A DNA stretch of 32,000 nucleotides from Demequinaceae bacterium (GCA_965250005.1 OZ252279.1:1920001-1952000), one strand, 5' to 3'. Counted from the first letter of the stretch, positions 19,138 through 29,978 are shown. Translations and numbers: made by a program. Notes: generated from the sequence alone by a model not told the origin.

Positions 19138-20367
19138 ATGACTGCCGAAGCGGTCGCGCACATTGAGAACCAGGTGCGCGACCTGATTCGTAAGCGTGGC
19201 GTGGACCCAACGAGGGACGCCGCGGCCGTTGAGGCGCTCGTTGACGAGGCGCTTCAGGATTGGGAGGAGCGCGCGCTTGTGGGCGCAGTGGCGCCCATGG
19301 ATGACCGTAGCGCGGCCGCCAAGTCCGTCCTGGACTCTGTGGCCGGACTTGGCCCGTTGCAGCAATACATGGACGATCCAGTCGTCGAGGAAATCTGGAT
19401 AAACGAACCCGCGCAGGTGTTCGTCGCGCGCGGCGGCGAGCCCGAACTGACCAACACGATCCTGACCGCTGAGCAGGTACGTGATTTGGTTGAGCAGATG
19501 CTGAAGTCCTCGGGCCGGCGGCTCGACCTGTCGAGCCCGTTCGTTGATGCGGCGCTCGCCGGTGGGGAGCGGCTGCACGTGGTGATCCCCGACGTCACGC
19601 GTGAGCACTGGGCTGTAAACATCCGCAAGTACGTTGCGCGCGCGGGCACGGTGGACGACTTGGTGACACTCGGTTCCTTGCCGCAGACAGCCGCCGACTT
19701 CATGGCCGCCTCGGTCGCGGCGGGACTCAATATCTTGATCGCGGGGGCGACGCAGGCGGGTAAGACTACAGCGCTGAACGCGCTCGCGGGCTCGATTCCG
19801 CCGCGCGAGCGGGTGGTGACGTGCGAGGAAGTCTTCGAACTCAAGATCCCCCAGCGCGATGTCGTCTCGCTCCAATGCCGTCAACCAAGCCTCGAGGGAA
19901 GCGGCGAGATCCCCTTACGCCGTTTGGTCAAGGAGGCGTTACGTATGCGTCCATCGCGAATCATCATTGGCGAGGTTCGTGAGGCCGAGGCGCTCGACAT
20001 GCTCGTTGCTCTCAACGCGGGCGTACCGGGAATGTGCACAATCCATGCGAACTCTGCGCGAGATGCCGTCACCAAAATGTGTACGTTGCCGTTGCTCGCA
20101 GGGGACAACGTTTCCGATCGGTTCGTGATCCCGACAGTCGCATCCGCCATCGACATCGTCATGCACCTTGAACTAGATGCTGCGGGCAAGCGTCGCGTAA
20201 CGGAGATCGTCGGCGTCACGGGACGCGTCGAAGGCGGCGTCATCGAGGTCTCTGACCTATTCCGGCTTAAGCGCGGCCGACTTGTGCGCGGAGACGGATT
20301 TCCCCCGCACCCAGATCGCTACGAGCGCATCGGCGCGGACCTGCCGGCTCTCCTTGGAGGTTCCTAA
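19138..20367 (+). CDS. tadA: Tad pilus secretion ATPase (TadA/CpaF)
   Basis: 409 aa; MQQYMDDPVVEEIWINEPAQVFVARGG-like region, AGATQAGKTTALNALAG Walker A, PSRIIIGEVREAEALDMLVALNAG, CTIHANSARDA. Confidence 0.94.
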   Translation: MTAEAVAHIENQVRDLIRKRGVDPTRDAAAVEALVDEALQDWEERALVGAVAPMDDRSAAAKSVLDSVAGLGPLQQYMDDPVVEEIWINEPAQVFVARGGEPELTNTILTAEQVRDLVEQMLKSSGRRLDLSSPFVDAALAGGERLHVVIPDVTREHWAVNIRKYVARAGTVDDLVTLGSLPQTAADFMAASVAAGLNILIAGATQAGKTTALNALAGSIPPRERVVTCEEVFELKIPQRDVVSLQCRQPSLEGSGEIPLRRLVKEALRMRPSRIIIGEVREAEALDMLVALNAGVPGMCTIHANSARDAVTKMCTLPLLAGDNVSDRFVIPTVASAIDIVMHLELDAAGKRRVTEIVGVTGRVEGGVIEVSDLFRLKRGRLVRGDGFPPHPDRYERIGADLPALLGGS

Positions 20368-20368
20368 C

Positions 20369-21229
20369 ATGGGTACCATACTCGGCCTTCTTCTCGGAGC
20401 AGGCGTCTTCTTGGTCTGGTGGTCGTTCTGGGGGGAATTGTCCCCACGCTCTGCACCACTCGACGGATGGACGGCACGCACGCAAGACGCACTGGTTCAG
20501 GCAGGCGTGACGGGAGTGACAACGGGCGCGCTGGTAGGGGCCGCTGCCGGCTTGGGAGCGATGGTCTCGCTCGTGGCAGCTGGATTGACGCACTCCGCGG
20601 TCATTGGTCTGTGCTTTGGGGCGATGTCGATGCGCGCGCCGTTCGCGGTGATTCATGCCCGCGCACGCACGCGCGGCAATTCCATGCGTGAAGTGTGGCC
20701 GGAGGCCGTTGACCACCTTGCGTCGGGAGTGCGAGCGGGCCTCTCGCTACCAGAGGCGCTCACCCAATTGGGTGACAGGGGGCCCGTTGAAATCCGGGCG
20801 CCATTCGCAATCTTCGCCGCGGATTATCGCGCGTCGGGTCGCTTTGAAGAGAGCCTCGACGCGCTCAAAGCTAGGCTCGCAGATCCGGTCGCAGATCGCA
20901 TCGTAGAGTCGCTGCGGGTCACACGGGACGTCGGGGGTTCAGATCTGGGCCGAGTCTTGCGGACGCTCTCTGGGTTCCTTCGTGAGGATGCGCGCACTCG
21001 CGGGGAGCTCGAGGCTCGTCAGAGTTGGACTGTCAACGCAGCGCGCCTTGCCGTAGTCGCGCCGTGGACGGTTCTCCTGGTGTTGTCGTCGCGTCGCGAG
21101 GCTGCGGAGGCCTACAACTCTCCCGCCGGAGTAACCGTGCTCATCTTTGGCGCCGCCATGACCGTGGCCGCGTATCGCCTCATGATTCGTGTCGGGCGCC
21201 TTCCTATCGAGAATCGAGTAATGAGGTGA
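20369..21229 (+). CDS. tadB: Tad/type II secretion inner-membrane protein TadB
   Basis: T2SSF-like: SVRAGLSLPEALTQLGDRGP, ADYRASGRFEESLDALKARLADPVADRIVESLRVTRDVGGSDLGRVLRTLSGFLRED. Starts 1 nt after the tadA stop. Confidence 0.87.
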   Translation: MGTILGLLLGAGVFLVWWSFWGELSPRSAPLDGWTARTQDALVQAGVTGVTTGALVGAAAGLGAMVSLVAAGLTHSAVIGLCFGAMSMRAPFAVIHARARTRGNSMREVWPEAVDHLASGVRAGLSLPEALTQLGDRGPVEIRAPFAIFAADYRASGRFEESLDALKARLADPVADRIVESLRVTRDVGGSDLGRVLRTLSGFLREDARTRGELEARQSWTVNAARLAVVAPWTVLLVLSSRREAAEAYNSPAGVTVLIFGAAMTVAAYRLMIRVGRLPIENRVMR

Positions 21230-22143
21230 GCGCCGGCACGTTGTTTTCGGGACTCGCGCTCGGGGTCGGAGCGCTACTTCTTGTCGCGTGGTGGCAGGCC
21301 AGAATGCCGTCACTTGGCTCGCGCATCGCTCCGCACCTGCGCGCCCCCGGTGCGCACCGGCGCCCACAGGCACCAATAACGCCATTCCCAACAGTCGAAC
21401 GAATCCTGACGCCGTTACTGCGTGACGGTGCACGACTTGCGGAAACGTGGGGCGCGTCGCGTGGTGAGCTCGAGGCGAGACTTCGCCGGGCGGGCTCGGC
21501 AACCACGCCGGAGCGCTTTCGTGCAGAGCAGGTGATTTGGGCGAGTGGAGGGCTCGTGGCGGGCCTAGTGCTCTCGCTGACGCTGGCCGCGGCGCGGGGC
21601 ACGTCGCCTATTGCGCTCGTCGTGATGGTGGCCGCTATGGGGGCTGCCGCAGTGGCAGCGCGTGACTGGGTGCTGCAACGAAGCATCAGGCGCAGGGAGG
21701 CGCTCATTACCGCCGAGCTTCCGGCCGTAGCCGAGATGCTTGCGCTCTCCGTCAACGCCGGGGAAGGGGCCCTTGGCGCAGTCGAGCGCGTTGCACGAAC
21801 CGCGTCCGGCGCCCTCGCCACTAATTTGGTCACGCTGCTGGGAGAAGTCCACACGGGGACACCACTGGCGGACGCGTTCAGCGATCTGGCAGACGCCACC
21901 GGCGTCGCTCCATTGAGGCGTTTCGCTGAGGCCGTGTCTGTTGCGATCGATCGTGGAACGCCTCTCGCGGACGTCTTGCACGCTCAGGCGCAAGACGTCC
22001 GCGACAGCGGCAGGCGCCACCTCATGGAGGAGGGAGGCAAGCGCGAGATCGCGATGATGGTGCCTGTGATCTTCCTCCTCCTTCCGATAACCGTCGTATT
22101 CGCCGTCTTTCCCGGAATTGTTGCAATCAACATCGGTACCTAA
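21226..22143 (+). CDS. tadC: Tad/type II secretion inner-membrane protein TadC
   Basis: GTG start overlapping the tadB stop (GTGA); AELPAVAEMLALSVNAGEGALGAVERVA, LADAFSDLADATGVAPLRRFAEAVSVAIDRGTPLADVLHAQAQDVR. Confidence 0.87.
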   Translation: MSAGTLFSGLALGVGALLLVAWWQARMPSLGSRIAPHLRAPGAHRRPQAPITPFPTVERILTPLLRDGARLAETWGASRGELEARLRRAGSATTPERFRAEQVIWASGGLVAGLVLSLTLAAARGTSPIALVVMVAAMGAAAVAARDWVLQRSIRRREALITAELPAVAEMLALSVNAGEGALGAVERVARTASGALATNLVTLLGEVHTGTPLADAFSDLADATGVAPLRRFAEAVSVAIDRGTPLADVLHAQAQDVRDSGRRHLMEEGGKREIAMMVPVIFLLLPITVVFAVFPGIVAINIGT

Positions 22144-22160
22144 GAAAAAGGAGAAACACC

Positions 22161-22346
22161 ATGACCCGCATCCTTGCTGCGCTCGCGCATCGCTGGCGAC
22201 TTCGATCCTCGGACGACGGTGACGTGCCCGGATGGGTCCTCATCACGTTGATGACAGCTGGCCTAGTCGCCGCCATTTGGGCCGTTGCCGGCCCGGCATT
22301 GACCAACCTGTTTAGTTCAGCCATTGAAAGCGTCTCAGGAAGCTAA
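22161..22346 (+). CDS. Flp-pilin-like small membrane peptide
   Basis: 61 aa: MTRILAALAHRWRLRSSDDGDVPGWVLITLMTAGLVAAIWAVAGPALTNLFSSAIESVSGS; single hydrophobic segment, placed between tadC and tadE. Confidence 0.65.
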   Translation: MTRILAALAHRWRLRSSDDGDVPGWVLITLMTAGLVAAIWAVAGPALTNLFSSAIESVSGS

Positions 22347-22722
22347 CCGGCGCTCAGACGCCGGAAGCGCCGCAGTCGAATTCACGCTTGTCTCCGTACT
22401 GGTCGTCTTCATTGTTGCGGGCGTGCTTCAACTCGCACTAGCGTTGCACGTTCGGAACACTTTGATTTCGGCCGCTGCCGAAGGTGCGCGCGTCGCAGCG
22501 TCGGCGGAGCAGGACTTTGACGCCGGAGACGCAAGGACTCAGAGAATGATCTCCGGCGCGCTAGGCGAGTACGACGTCGACATTGTCGTGGCGTTGACGG
22601 ATATAGACGGCGCCCCGGCCATAACCGTTACGGCGACCGCGCCCGTACCCCTCGTCGGCTTTTGGGGCGTGGGAAGCATGACCGTTTACGCCAGGGCACT
22701 AGTTGAGGACGACCGTGGCTAA
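22324..22722 (+). CDS. tadE: TadE-like pseudopilin
   Basis: DAGSAAVEFTLVSVLVVFIVAGVLQLALALHVRNTLISAAAEGAR, a classic TadE N-terminus. TTG start at 22324 assumed. Confidence 0.82.
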   Translation: MKASQEANRRSDAGSAAVEFTLVSVLVVFIVAGVLQLALALHVRNTLISAAAEGARVAASAEQDFDAGDARTQRMISGALGEYDVDIVVALTDIDGAPAITVTATAPVPLVGFWGVGSMTVYARALVEDDRG

Positions 22723-23224
22723 CGGCGCCGCGCGGCGGACTCGCGCGAGGGTAGATCTTAGATCTGATGCGGGCGGCGCGATCGTGGAGTTCATCGGGAT
22801 GTCGCTCTTGCTGCTGGTTCCGCTTGTGTACCTCGTTGTCCTACTTGCTCAGATTCAGGCGGCGACTTTCGCCGCCGAACTCGCCGCGCGCGAGGCGGCG
22901 CGCGGAGCCGTCGTAGCCGCGGTTGGGGCGCTTGAGGATGGCGCTTCGCCAGATCGGGCGATCGCGGCCGCAAATGCGCGCGCCGGAACTGCCACCCGGG
23001 TAGCTCTCGAGGACTTCGGTTTTGATGCCGAAAGGTCGGGAGTTCTCGTACTTGAGTGCAGCACGGCAACGTGTTTCGAGCCCGGTTCCGACATTTACGC
23101 CCATGTGGACGTTACGGTGACGCTGCCGGGAGTGCCCGAGCTGATCGCCGAATGGATGCCACTAGAGATCACCGTTTCAGCGGACTCCGTTGGCGCAGTC
23201 GACGGATTTGCGAGTACGCAGTGA
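22715..23224 (+). CDS. Second TadE-like minor pseudopilin (TadF position)
   Basis: GTG start overlapping the upstream TAA; SDAGGAIVEFIGMSLLLLVPLVYLVVLLAQIQAATFAAELAAREAARGAV. Confidence 0.72.
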   Translation: MANGAARRTRARVDLRSDAGGAIVEFIGMSLLLLVPLVYLVVLLAQIQAATFAAELAAREAARGAVVAAVGALEDGASPDRAIAAANARAGTATRVALEDFGFDAERSGVLVLECSTATCFEPGSDIYAHVDVTVTLPGVPELIAEWMPLEITVSADSVGAVDGFASTQ

Positions 23225-23679
23225 GGCGCTCAGTCCGCGACGACTCGGGTAATGTGACGCTGCTGTCGCTCGGTTTTGCCATGGTGGCCATCACTCTAAT
23301 CCTGGTGGTCTCTGCAGCGACGGCTCTGCACCTTGACCGGACCCGGCTCGCGAGGCTTGCGGACGATCTCGCGATTGACGCGGCGGATGCGATGGACGTG
23401 GAGGCGTTCTACGCTGGGACCGCGCCTGAGCCGACCGACCTTGCCGCGGTTAGGCTCTCGCCGGACGCTATGCGCGCCACCGTCGACAGGATGCTTGTGG
23501 AGTCCGCGGAACGCTACAACCTCGACGGCGTGCAAGTGATTGATGTGCGGACAACGGACGGCCATACCGTCGTCGTCACTATTGGAGTGGTTGTTGAGCC
23601 CCTGTTTGGGGTTGAGGCGCTCCTGCCCTGGACCGACGGCATTGAATTGGCCGCGACATCTGCGGCGCGAGCCTATTGA
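23221..23679 (+). CDS. TadE/TadG-like pilus assembly protein
   Basis: GTG start overlapping the upstream TGA; DDSGNVTLLSLGFAMVAITLILVVSAATALHLDRTRLARLADDLAIDAADAMD. Confidence 0.72.
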   Translation: MRRSVRDDSGNVTLLSLGFAMVAITLILVVSAATALHLDRTRLARLADDLAIDAADAMDVEAFYAGTAPEPTDLAAVRLSPDAMRATVDRMLVESAERYNLDGVQVIDVRTTDGHTVVVTIGVVVEPLFGVEALLPWTDGIELAATSAARAY

Positions 23680-23838
23680 CTCCAGCCCAAGCCTGCGATT
23701 GAAAACCGCGGAACGCATGAGCGCCATCGTCACCTCAGGCAGGGTTGCAAGTACGTGAACGCTAGAGCCTATGGAAACAGTGATGAGTGGCCCACCAACC
23801 ACCCGTGGCGGGATCTACCGGTCCCCACAGACAACAAA

Positions 23839-23866
23839 CGGGAGTGGGCGCCAAGGCCCACTCCCG
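23839..23866. terminator. Strong stem-loop terminator between the convergent tad operon and the solute-binding protein gene
   Basis: Perfect 11-bp stem CGGGAGTGGGC (23839-23849) / GCCCACTCCCG (23856-23866) with 6-nt loop. Confidence 0.8.
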
Positions 23867-23890
23867 CTCGCTAACTACTAGTAGGTGGAA

Positions 23891-25198
23891 CTACGAAGCG
23901 TCGGCAACCTCAGCGGCCCCAACGGCGGTGTCCCAGGCGTCAACAATCGCTATGTTGCCGGCCTGAACGTCGTTCAGAACAGTCTCGATGGCGTTGCTGA
24001 CGTCGCCGTGCTTCGGTCCGTAGTAGATCGCAGCCGGGATATCAACAGCGCTCTTGGTGAAGATCGCCCCAACCGGTGCACCGTTGAAGAAGTCGCTCGA
24101 GTAAGCCTGGATTTCAGGGTCAGCGTAGAGCGTGTCCTGCGACGGCAAGCGTCCAACATCTTGGAAGATGGCGATCTGCTGGTCGGCTTCGATAAGCCAC
24201 TCAACGAAGGCGTAACCCTCCAGTTGCGTGTTTTCGTCACCCTGTGCAGGGATGGTGTAGAACGCACCACCCGAGTTGCCACCAGGTCCGGGGATGTCAG
24301 CAATGTCCCACTGGCCGGTGAATTCGTCGGCCGAGATCCGCCCCTCAATGTAGGCGAGCATCAATGACGGGCAAGCAAGAACAGCGAACTCGCCATCGGC
24401 GAGGCCGGCGTCCCACTGGGGCGTGAACGAGGCGACGTTGGCCGAAATTCCGGCCTCAATCACATCGAGGGTGATGTCGAAAGCAGGCTTCGCGGCCTCT
24501 AGGTCTAGTTCGTTGTTGCGGTCGTAGTAGCCGACTCCCAGCTGGGTAAGCGCGGGGCCGAGGAGGTTGGTTGCGTTATCGACAAACTTCTTGCCGGTCG
24601 CAGCCTTATATTCCTGACCGGCCGCAACAAAGCCTTCCCAGGTGTTCCCAATGAGGGCTTCGACATCGGCACGATCGGCGGGAAGACCAGCAGCCTCGAA
24701 GAGGTCGCGGCGATAGCACATGGCCAAGCCGCCAACGTCCGCGCCAAGGCCAATGGTTGCGGAGCTGTCCGCGTTGGACGCCTGGGCCCACTTCCACGGG
24801 AGGTAGTTGTTCTCGTACTTGCCGGCGCCAAAGTCGAGCAGGTTGACGAACCCGTCAGCCTGGGAAACGAAGCTGGTGATGAACCCCTCGTCGATGAAGG
24901 CGACGGTCGGGGCGCCGGAACCGGCGATCAGCGCTTGCTGAAGTGCATCGTGCTGTGCCAACGCGTCAGCCGTGTCGAGCACGATTGTTACGTGCGGGTT
25001 TTCGGCCTCGTACGTAGCGATGAGGCCTTCTAGCCCAAAGTTTCCCCAGTAGGCCACCGAGATGGTGACAGGAACCGCGTCAACAGTCTCAGTGGGTTCA
25101 ACGTCATCTGGCGTCGAGCATGCCGCCAGCAGCACAGCCGACGCGGTACCAACAGCGATGGCGTTCGCGGTACGGGTGCGAGTCCACTTCATCATCAT
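23891..25198 (-). CDS. Extracellular solute-binding lipoprotein (carbohydrate ABC transporter type)
   Basis: Internal start MMMKWTRTRTANAIAVG; lipobox VLLAACS; VTISVAYWGNFGLEGLIATYEAENPHVTIVLD, INEVGRLPS-like region (IFQDVGRLPSQDTLYADPE). Confidence 0.85.
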   Translation of the reverse strand: MMMKWTRTRTANAIAVGTASAVLLAACSTPDDVEPTETVDAVPVTISVAYWGNFGLEGLIATYEAENPHVTIVLDTADALAQHDALQQALIAGSGAPTVAFIDEGFITSFVSQADGFVNLLDFGAGKYENNYLPWKWAQASNADSSATIGLGADVGGLAMCYRRDLFEAAGLPADRADVEALIGNTWEGFVAAGQEYKAATGKKFVDNATNLLGPALTQLGVGYYDRNNELDLEAAKPAFDITLDVIEAGISANVASFTPQWDAGLADGEFAVLACPSLMLAYIEGRISADEFTGQWDIADIPGPGGNSGGAFYTIPAQGDENTQLEGYAFVEWLIEADQQIAIFQDVGRLPSQDTLYADPEIQAYSSDFFNGAPVGAIFTKSAVDIPAAIYYGPKHGDVSNAIETVLNDVQAGNIAIVDAWDTAVGAAEVADAS

Positions 25199-25247
25199 TC
25201 CCCTTACGTGGAATTCAACTCCCCACCGTTGGGGTGCAGGAAACACA

Positions 25248-25272
25248 GTACCGGCGAGCAAAAGGCCGGTAC
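25248..25272 (-). promoter_or_regulatory. Stem-loop at the predicted 5' end of the solute-binding-protein mRNA
   Basis: Perfect 8-bp stem GTACCGGC (25248-25255) / GCCGGTAC (25265-25272); a second hairpin CCCCA-CCGT-TGGGG lies at 25221-25234. Confidence 0.5.
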
Positions 25273-25280
25273 CCTTCCCC

Positions 25281-25308
25281 ATATTACGGAATGGTTACGA
25301 TCTCGCAA
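25281..25308 (-). promoter_or_regulatory. Candidate sigma70-type promoter for the solute-binding protein gene
   Basis: Minus strand TTGCGA (25308-25303) - 16 nt - TAATAT (25286-25281). Confidence 0.5.
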
Positions 25309-25505
25309 ATCACTGGAGCGGGGATCGAACCAGGTGTAACGCAGCGGCGCTCGCTGCCTTGTGACCACGCTGTTCAACCAGCGGATGGGGCACTCCGCAA
25401 CGAGTTCGGCAGGGTTCGCCACTGCTCTGCAAGCTATTCCGAAGACGACGCACTTTTGCCTCCCGATGGGAGGTTGCGGCTACCTGCTCCCGTAGGCTTG
25501 CCCGC

Positions 25506-26612
<1,107 letters not shown>

Positions 26613-26616
26613 CGAG

Positions 26617-26636
26617 CGCGGGACGTACGTCCCGCG
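26617..26636. terminator. Possible terminator hairpin downstream of prfB
   Basis: 20-bp perfect palindrome CGCGGGACGTACGTCCCGCG starting 4 nt after the prfB stop; no U-tract. Confidence 0.45.
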
Positions 26637-26742
26637 GGGTCGAAGGTCCCATTTGGTGCGACAGCCGCGACCATAGATTTGAGGCGTAAATAGGACACTC
26701 AAGAGCGCCTCACAAGGGCAGCCCAGTGAAGGGCAACAAACC

Positions 26743-29025
26743 ATGGCACACAATGCCGTATACACAAGTTCACAGAGCCAAGGAACCACCGAGGGCGCCG
26801 TTCCGGCGTGGCGTGGGTTCACCTCGGGGCCATGGCAGGACGGTATAGACGTCCGGGATTTCATCCAGTGCAACTACACGCCGTACGACGGCGACGCCGG
26901 CTTCCTCACCGGCCCAACCGAGCGGACCACCGCCATCTGGGCGCAGCTTTCCAAGATGTTCCCCGAGGAGCGCGAGAAGGGCGTCTACGACATCGACGCG
27001 ACCACGCCGTCGACCATCACCGCTCACGCGCCCGGCTACATCAACCGCGAGTCCGAAGTCATCGTCGGCCTGCAGACCGACGCCCCGCTCAAGCGCGCCA
27101 TCATGCCGAACGGCGGCTGGCGCATGGTCGCCAACGCCCTTGAGACCTACGGCTTCGACGTGTCCCCCGAGCTCGAGAAGATCTTCACGCAGTACCGCAA
27201 GACGCACAACGACGGCGTGTTCGACGTCTACCCGCCGAACGTTCGCGCCGCGCGCTCGGCGCACCTGGTCACGGGCCTGCCCGACGCCTACGGTCGCGGC
27301 CGCATCATCGGCGACTATCGCCGCGTCGCGCTGTACGGTGTGGACGCACTGATCGCGGGCAAGAAGACAGAGCGCGTCGGCCTCGACATGAACCGCTCGA
27401 CCGAAAACGTCATTCGGGACCGCGAGGAAAACTCGGAGCAGATCCGCGCTCTCGGCGAGCTCAAGCAAATGGCGGCCTCGTATGGCTTCGACATCTCTGG
27501 CCCTGCGGGCACGCTGAAGGATGCCGTTCAGTGGCTGTACTTCGCATACCTTGGCGCCGTCAAGGAGCAGAACGGCGCGGCGATGTCCCTTGGGCGTACG
27601 TCCACGTTCCTCGACGCGTTCGCCGAGCGCGACATGGCCGAGGGCACGCTGACCGAGTCCGAGGCGCAAGAGATCATCGACGACTTCGTGATCAAACTGC
27701 GGCTCGTACGGTTCCTGCGCACCCCGGAGTACGACTCCCTATTCTCCGGCGACCCCACGTGGGTGACCGAGAGCATTGGCGGCATGGGCGAGGACGGGCG
27801 CTCGCTCGTGACCAAGTCTTCCTTCCGCTACCTGCAGACTCTTTACAACTTGGGCCCGGCACCCGAGCCCAACCTCACGGTGCTGTGGAGCGAGCGCATG
27901 CCGAAGGGCTTCAAGGAGTTCTGCGCCAAGATTTCGATTGACACATCCGCGATCCAATACGAATCGGACGAGCTCATTCGGTGCTCGTACGGAGACGACG
28001 CCGCGATCGCGTGCTGCGTTTCCGCGATGCCGGTTGGCAAGCAGATGCAGTTCTTCGGAGCTCGCGTGAACCTCGCCAAGGGCATGCTCTATGCGATCAA
28101 CGGCGGACGCGACGAAGTGACAGGCAAACAGGTCGCGCCAGCGTTCGCGCCTGCCGAAGGCGACGTCCTCGACTACGACGACGTGCGCGCCAAGTTCGAC
28201 CACCTGATGGAATGGCTGGCCGAGACATACGTCGACGCGCTCAACTGCATCCACTTCATGCACGACAAGTACGCGTATGAGCGGCTGGAAATGGCGCTCC
28301 ACGACGGCGACGTCGCCCGGACCCTGGCGTGCGGAATCGCCGGGCTGTCCGTCGCAGCGGACTCCCTTGCTGCGATCAAGTACGCCACCGTCCGCCCCGT
28401 GCGGGACGAGACCGGGCTGATCGTCAGCTACGAAACCGAGGGCGAATCGCCCAGCTTCGGCAACGACGATGACCGCGTGGACATGATCGCCGCCGAGCTC
28501 ATGGGCGAGTTCATGGAGAAGATCCGCAAGCAGCCTTCGTACCGTGACGCCGTCCACACACAGTCAGTGCTGACCATCACGTCCAACGTGGTCTACGGCA
28601 AGGCGACCGGCGACACTCCAGACGGCCGCCTCGCGGGCGAGCCCTTCGCACCAGGGGCAAACCCGATGAACGGGCGCGATATCCACGGCGTACTGGCCTC
28701 GGCGCTGTCGGTGGCCAAGCTTCCGTACGGCGAGGCTCAGGACGGGATCTCGCTCACCGCGACCGTCGTTCCTTCCGGGCTGGGCCGCGACCTCGACGAG
28801 CAGGTAAAGAATCTCTCGGGGATCCTGGACGCGTACAACGCCGAAGGAGGCTTCCACGTCAACGTGAACGTCCTCAACCGGGAGACCCTTGAGGACGCGA
28901 TGGAGCACCCGGAGAACTACCCGCAGCTGACCATCCGTGTGTCGGGATACGCGGTCAACTTTGTGCGGCTCACGCGAGAGCAACAGGAGGACGTCCTTTC
29001 GAGGACCTTTCACGCGGCGCTGTAG
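26743..29025 (+). CDS. pflB: Formate C-acetyltransferase (pyruvate formate-lyase)
   Basis: 760 aa; [26 protein letters not shown] active-site pair, glycyl radical motif [26 protein letters not shown]. Confidence 0.97.
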   Translation: MAHNAVYTSSQSQGTTEGAVPAWRGFTSGPWQDGIDVRDFIQCNYTPYDGDAGFLTGPTERTTAIWAQLSKMFPEEREKGVYDIDATTPSTITAHAPGYINRESEVIVGLQTDAPLKRAIMPNGGWRMVANALETYGFDVSPELEKIFTQYRKTHNDGVFDVYPPNVRAARSAHLVTGLPDAYGRGRIIGDYRRVALYGVDALIAGKKTERVGLDMNRSTENVIRDREENSEQIRALGELKQMAASYGFDISGPAGTLKDAVQWLYFAYLGAVKEQNGAAMSLGRTSTFLDAFAERDMAEGTLTESEAQEIIDDFVIKLRLVRFLRTPEYDSLFSGDPTWVTESIGGMGEDGRSLVTKSSFRYLQTLYNLGPAPEPNLTVLWSERMPKGFKEFCAKISIDTSAIQYESDELIRCSYGDDAAIACCVSAMPVGKQMQFFGARVNLAKGMLYAINGGRDEVTGKQVAPAFAPAEGDVLDYDDVRAKFDHLMEWLAETYVDALNCIHFMHDKYAYERLEMALHDGDVARTLACGIAGLSVAADSLAAIKYATVRPVRDETGLIVSYETEGESPSFGNDDDRVDMIAAELMGEFMEKIRKQPSYRDAVHTQSVLTITSNVVYGKATGDTPDGRLAGEPFAPGANPMNGRDIHGVLASALSVAKLPYGEAQDGISLTATVVPSGLGRDLDEQVKNLSGILDAYNAEGGFHVNVNVLNRETLEDAMEHPENYPQLTIRVSGYAVNFVRLTREQQEDVLSRTFHAAL

Positions 29026-29140
29026 AGCCGCCCGCCTGCACCAAACCGCAGGATGCGCCGCTCCCCGTGCCGCCGCGAGGGGTCGATTTGTCCCCGTACG
29101 CTGTAGCTGTTTGCCCCGCACAACCCGGTGAGGAGGTCTG

Positions 29141-29974
29141 GTGAGCGTTTCTGGTCCTCCGTCGGGGCACTTGATCCCGCTGCCGAGTCCACCGATGCGC
29201 GTGGCTGACGCCGAGCTGGCAGCCTCCGAGAACCTGCTCAGTGGCGAGACGGGGTGGGTTCACTCGTGGGACCTGGTGACCGGGGCGGACGGCCCTGGCT
29301 CGCGGATGACTCTCTTCCTCGCGGGTTGCGGCATGCGCTGTCAGTTCTGCCAGAACCCGGACACCTGGAAGATGAAGGACGGGATCCCGCGCAGCGTCGG
29401 TCAGGTCATGGACCGCGTGTCGCGATACGAGCAAGTCATGAAGGTGACGGGCGGCGGGCTCACAATATCGGGAGGCGAGCCGCTGCTCCAGGCGCGCTTC
29501 GTCACCAACATCTTCCGCCACGCGAAGGCCGACCTCAATATCCACACTGCGCTCGATACCGCGGGATTGCTCGGCTCGCGCCTGACCGACACCGAGCTGC
29601 TCGACATCGACCTGTTCCTCCTCGACATCAAGTCCGGCCTCCCTGAGACCTACAAGCGGGTCACCGGACGGCCGATGCAGCCCACGCTAGATTTCGCACG
29701 GCGGCTCTCGGACCTGGGCCGGACCATGTGGATCCGGTTCGTGCTCGTGCCGGGTCTGACGGACGCGGTCGAGAACGTTGACGCCATCGCGGACTTCGTT
29801 GCCACGCTGGATGCGGTGGAGCGCCTTGAGGTGCTGCCATTCCATCAGCTAGGCAAGACCAAGTGGGGGGCGACGGGCGAACCGTACCTGCTGGCGGACG
29901 CGAAGCCTCCCAGCCCAGAACTTCTCGACCGAGTGCGCAGGCAGTTCCGCGCGCGCGGCCTCACGACGTACTAG
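29141..29974 (+). CDS. pflA: Pyruvate formate-lyase activating enzyme (radical SAM)
   Basis: 277 aa; CGMRCQFCQNPDTW (CxxxCxxC), TISGGEPLLQ; GAGGAGG-type RBS upstream of a GTG start. Confidence 0.95.
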   Translation: MSVSGPPSGHLIPLPSPPMRVADAELAASENLLSGETGWVHSWDLVTGADGPGSRMTLFLAGCGMRCQFCQNPDTWKMKDGIPRSVGQVMDRVSRYEQVMKVTGGGLTISGGEPLLQARFVTNIFRHAKADLNIHTALDTAGLLGSRLTDTELLDIDLFLLDIKSGLPETYKRVTGRPMQPTLDFARRLSDLGRTMWIRFVLVPGLTDAVENVDAIADFVATLDAVERLEVLPFHQLGKTKWGATGEPYLLADAKPPSPELLDRVRRQFRARGLTTY

Positions 29975-29978
29975 CGGG

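Noticed and set aside
18672-19166. 164-aa ORF bridging the 254-aa protein gene and tadA
   Set aside because: Overlaps the secreted-protein gene in another frame and yields basic, Arg/Ser-rich sequence with no coding signature.
19084-19884. 266-aa ORF on - strand opposite tadA
   Set aside because: Antisense shadow of tadA third-position GC bias; low-complexity Arg/Gly/Val composition.
25311-25395. tRNA-like 3' half on the minus strand (GGTTCGATCCCCGCTCCA)
   Set aside because: T-loop-like TTCGATC is present but the T stem has two mismatches (CCTGG versus CCCGC) and no matching acceptor 5' strand was found. Probably chance or a decayed fragment; tRNAscan-SE/Infernal would decide.
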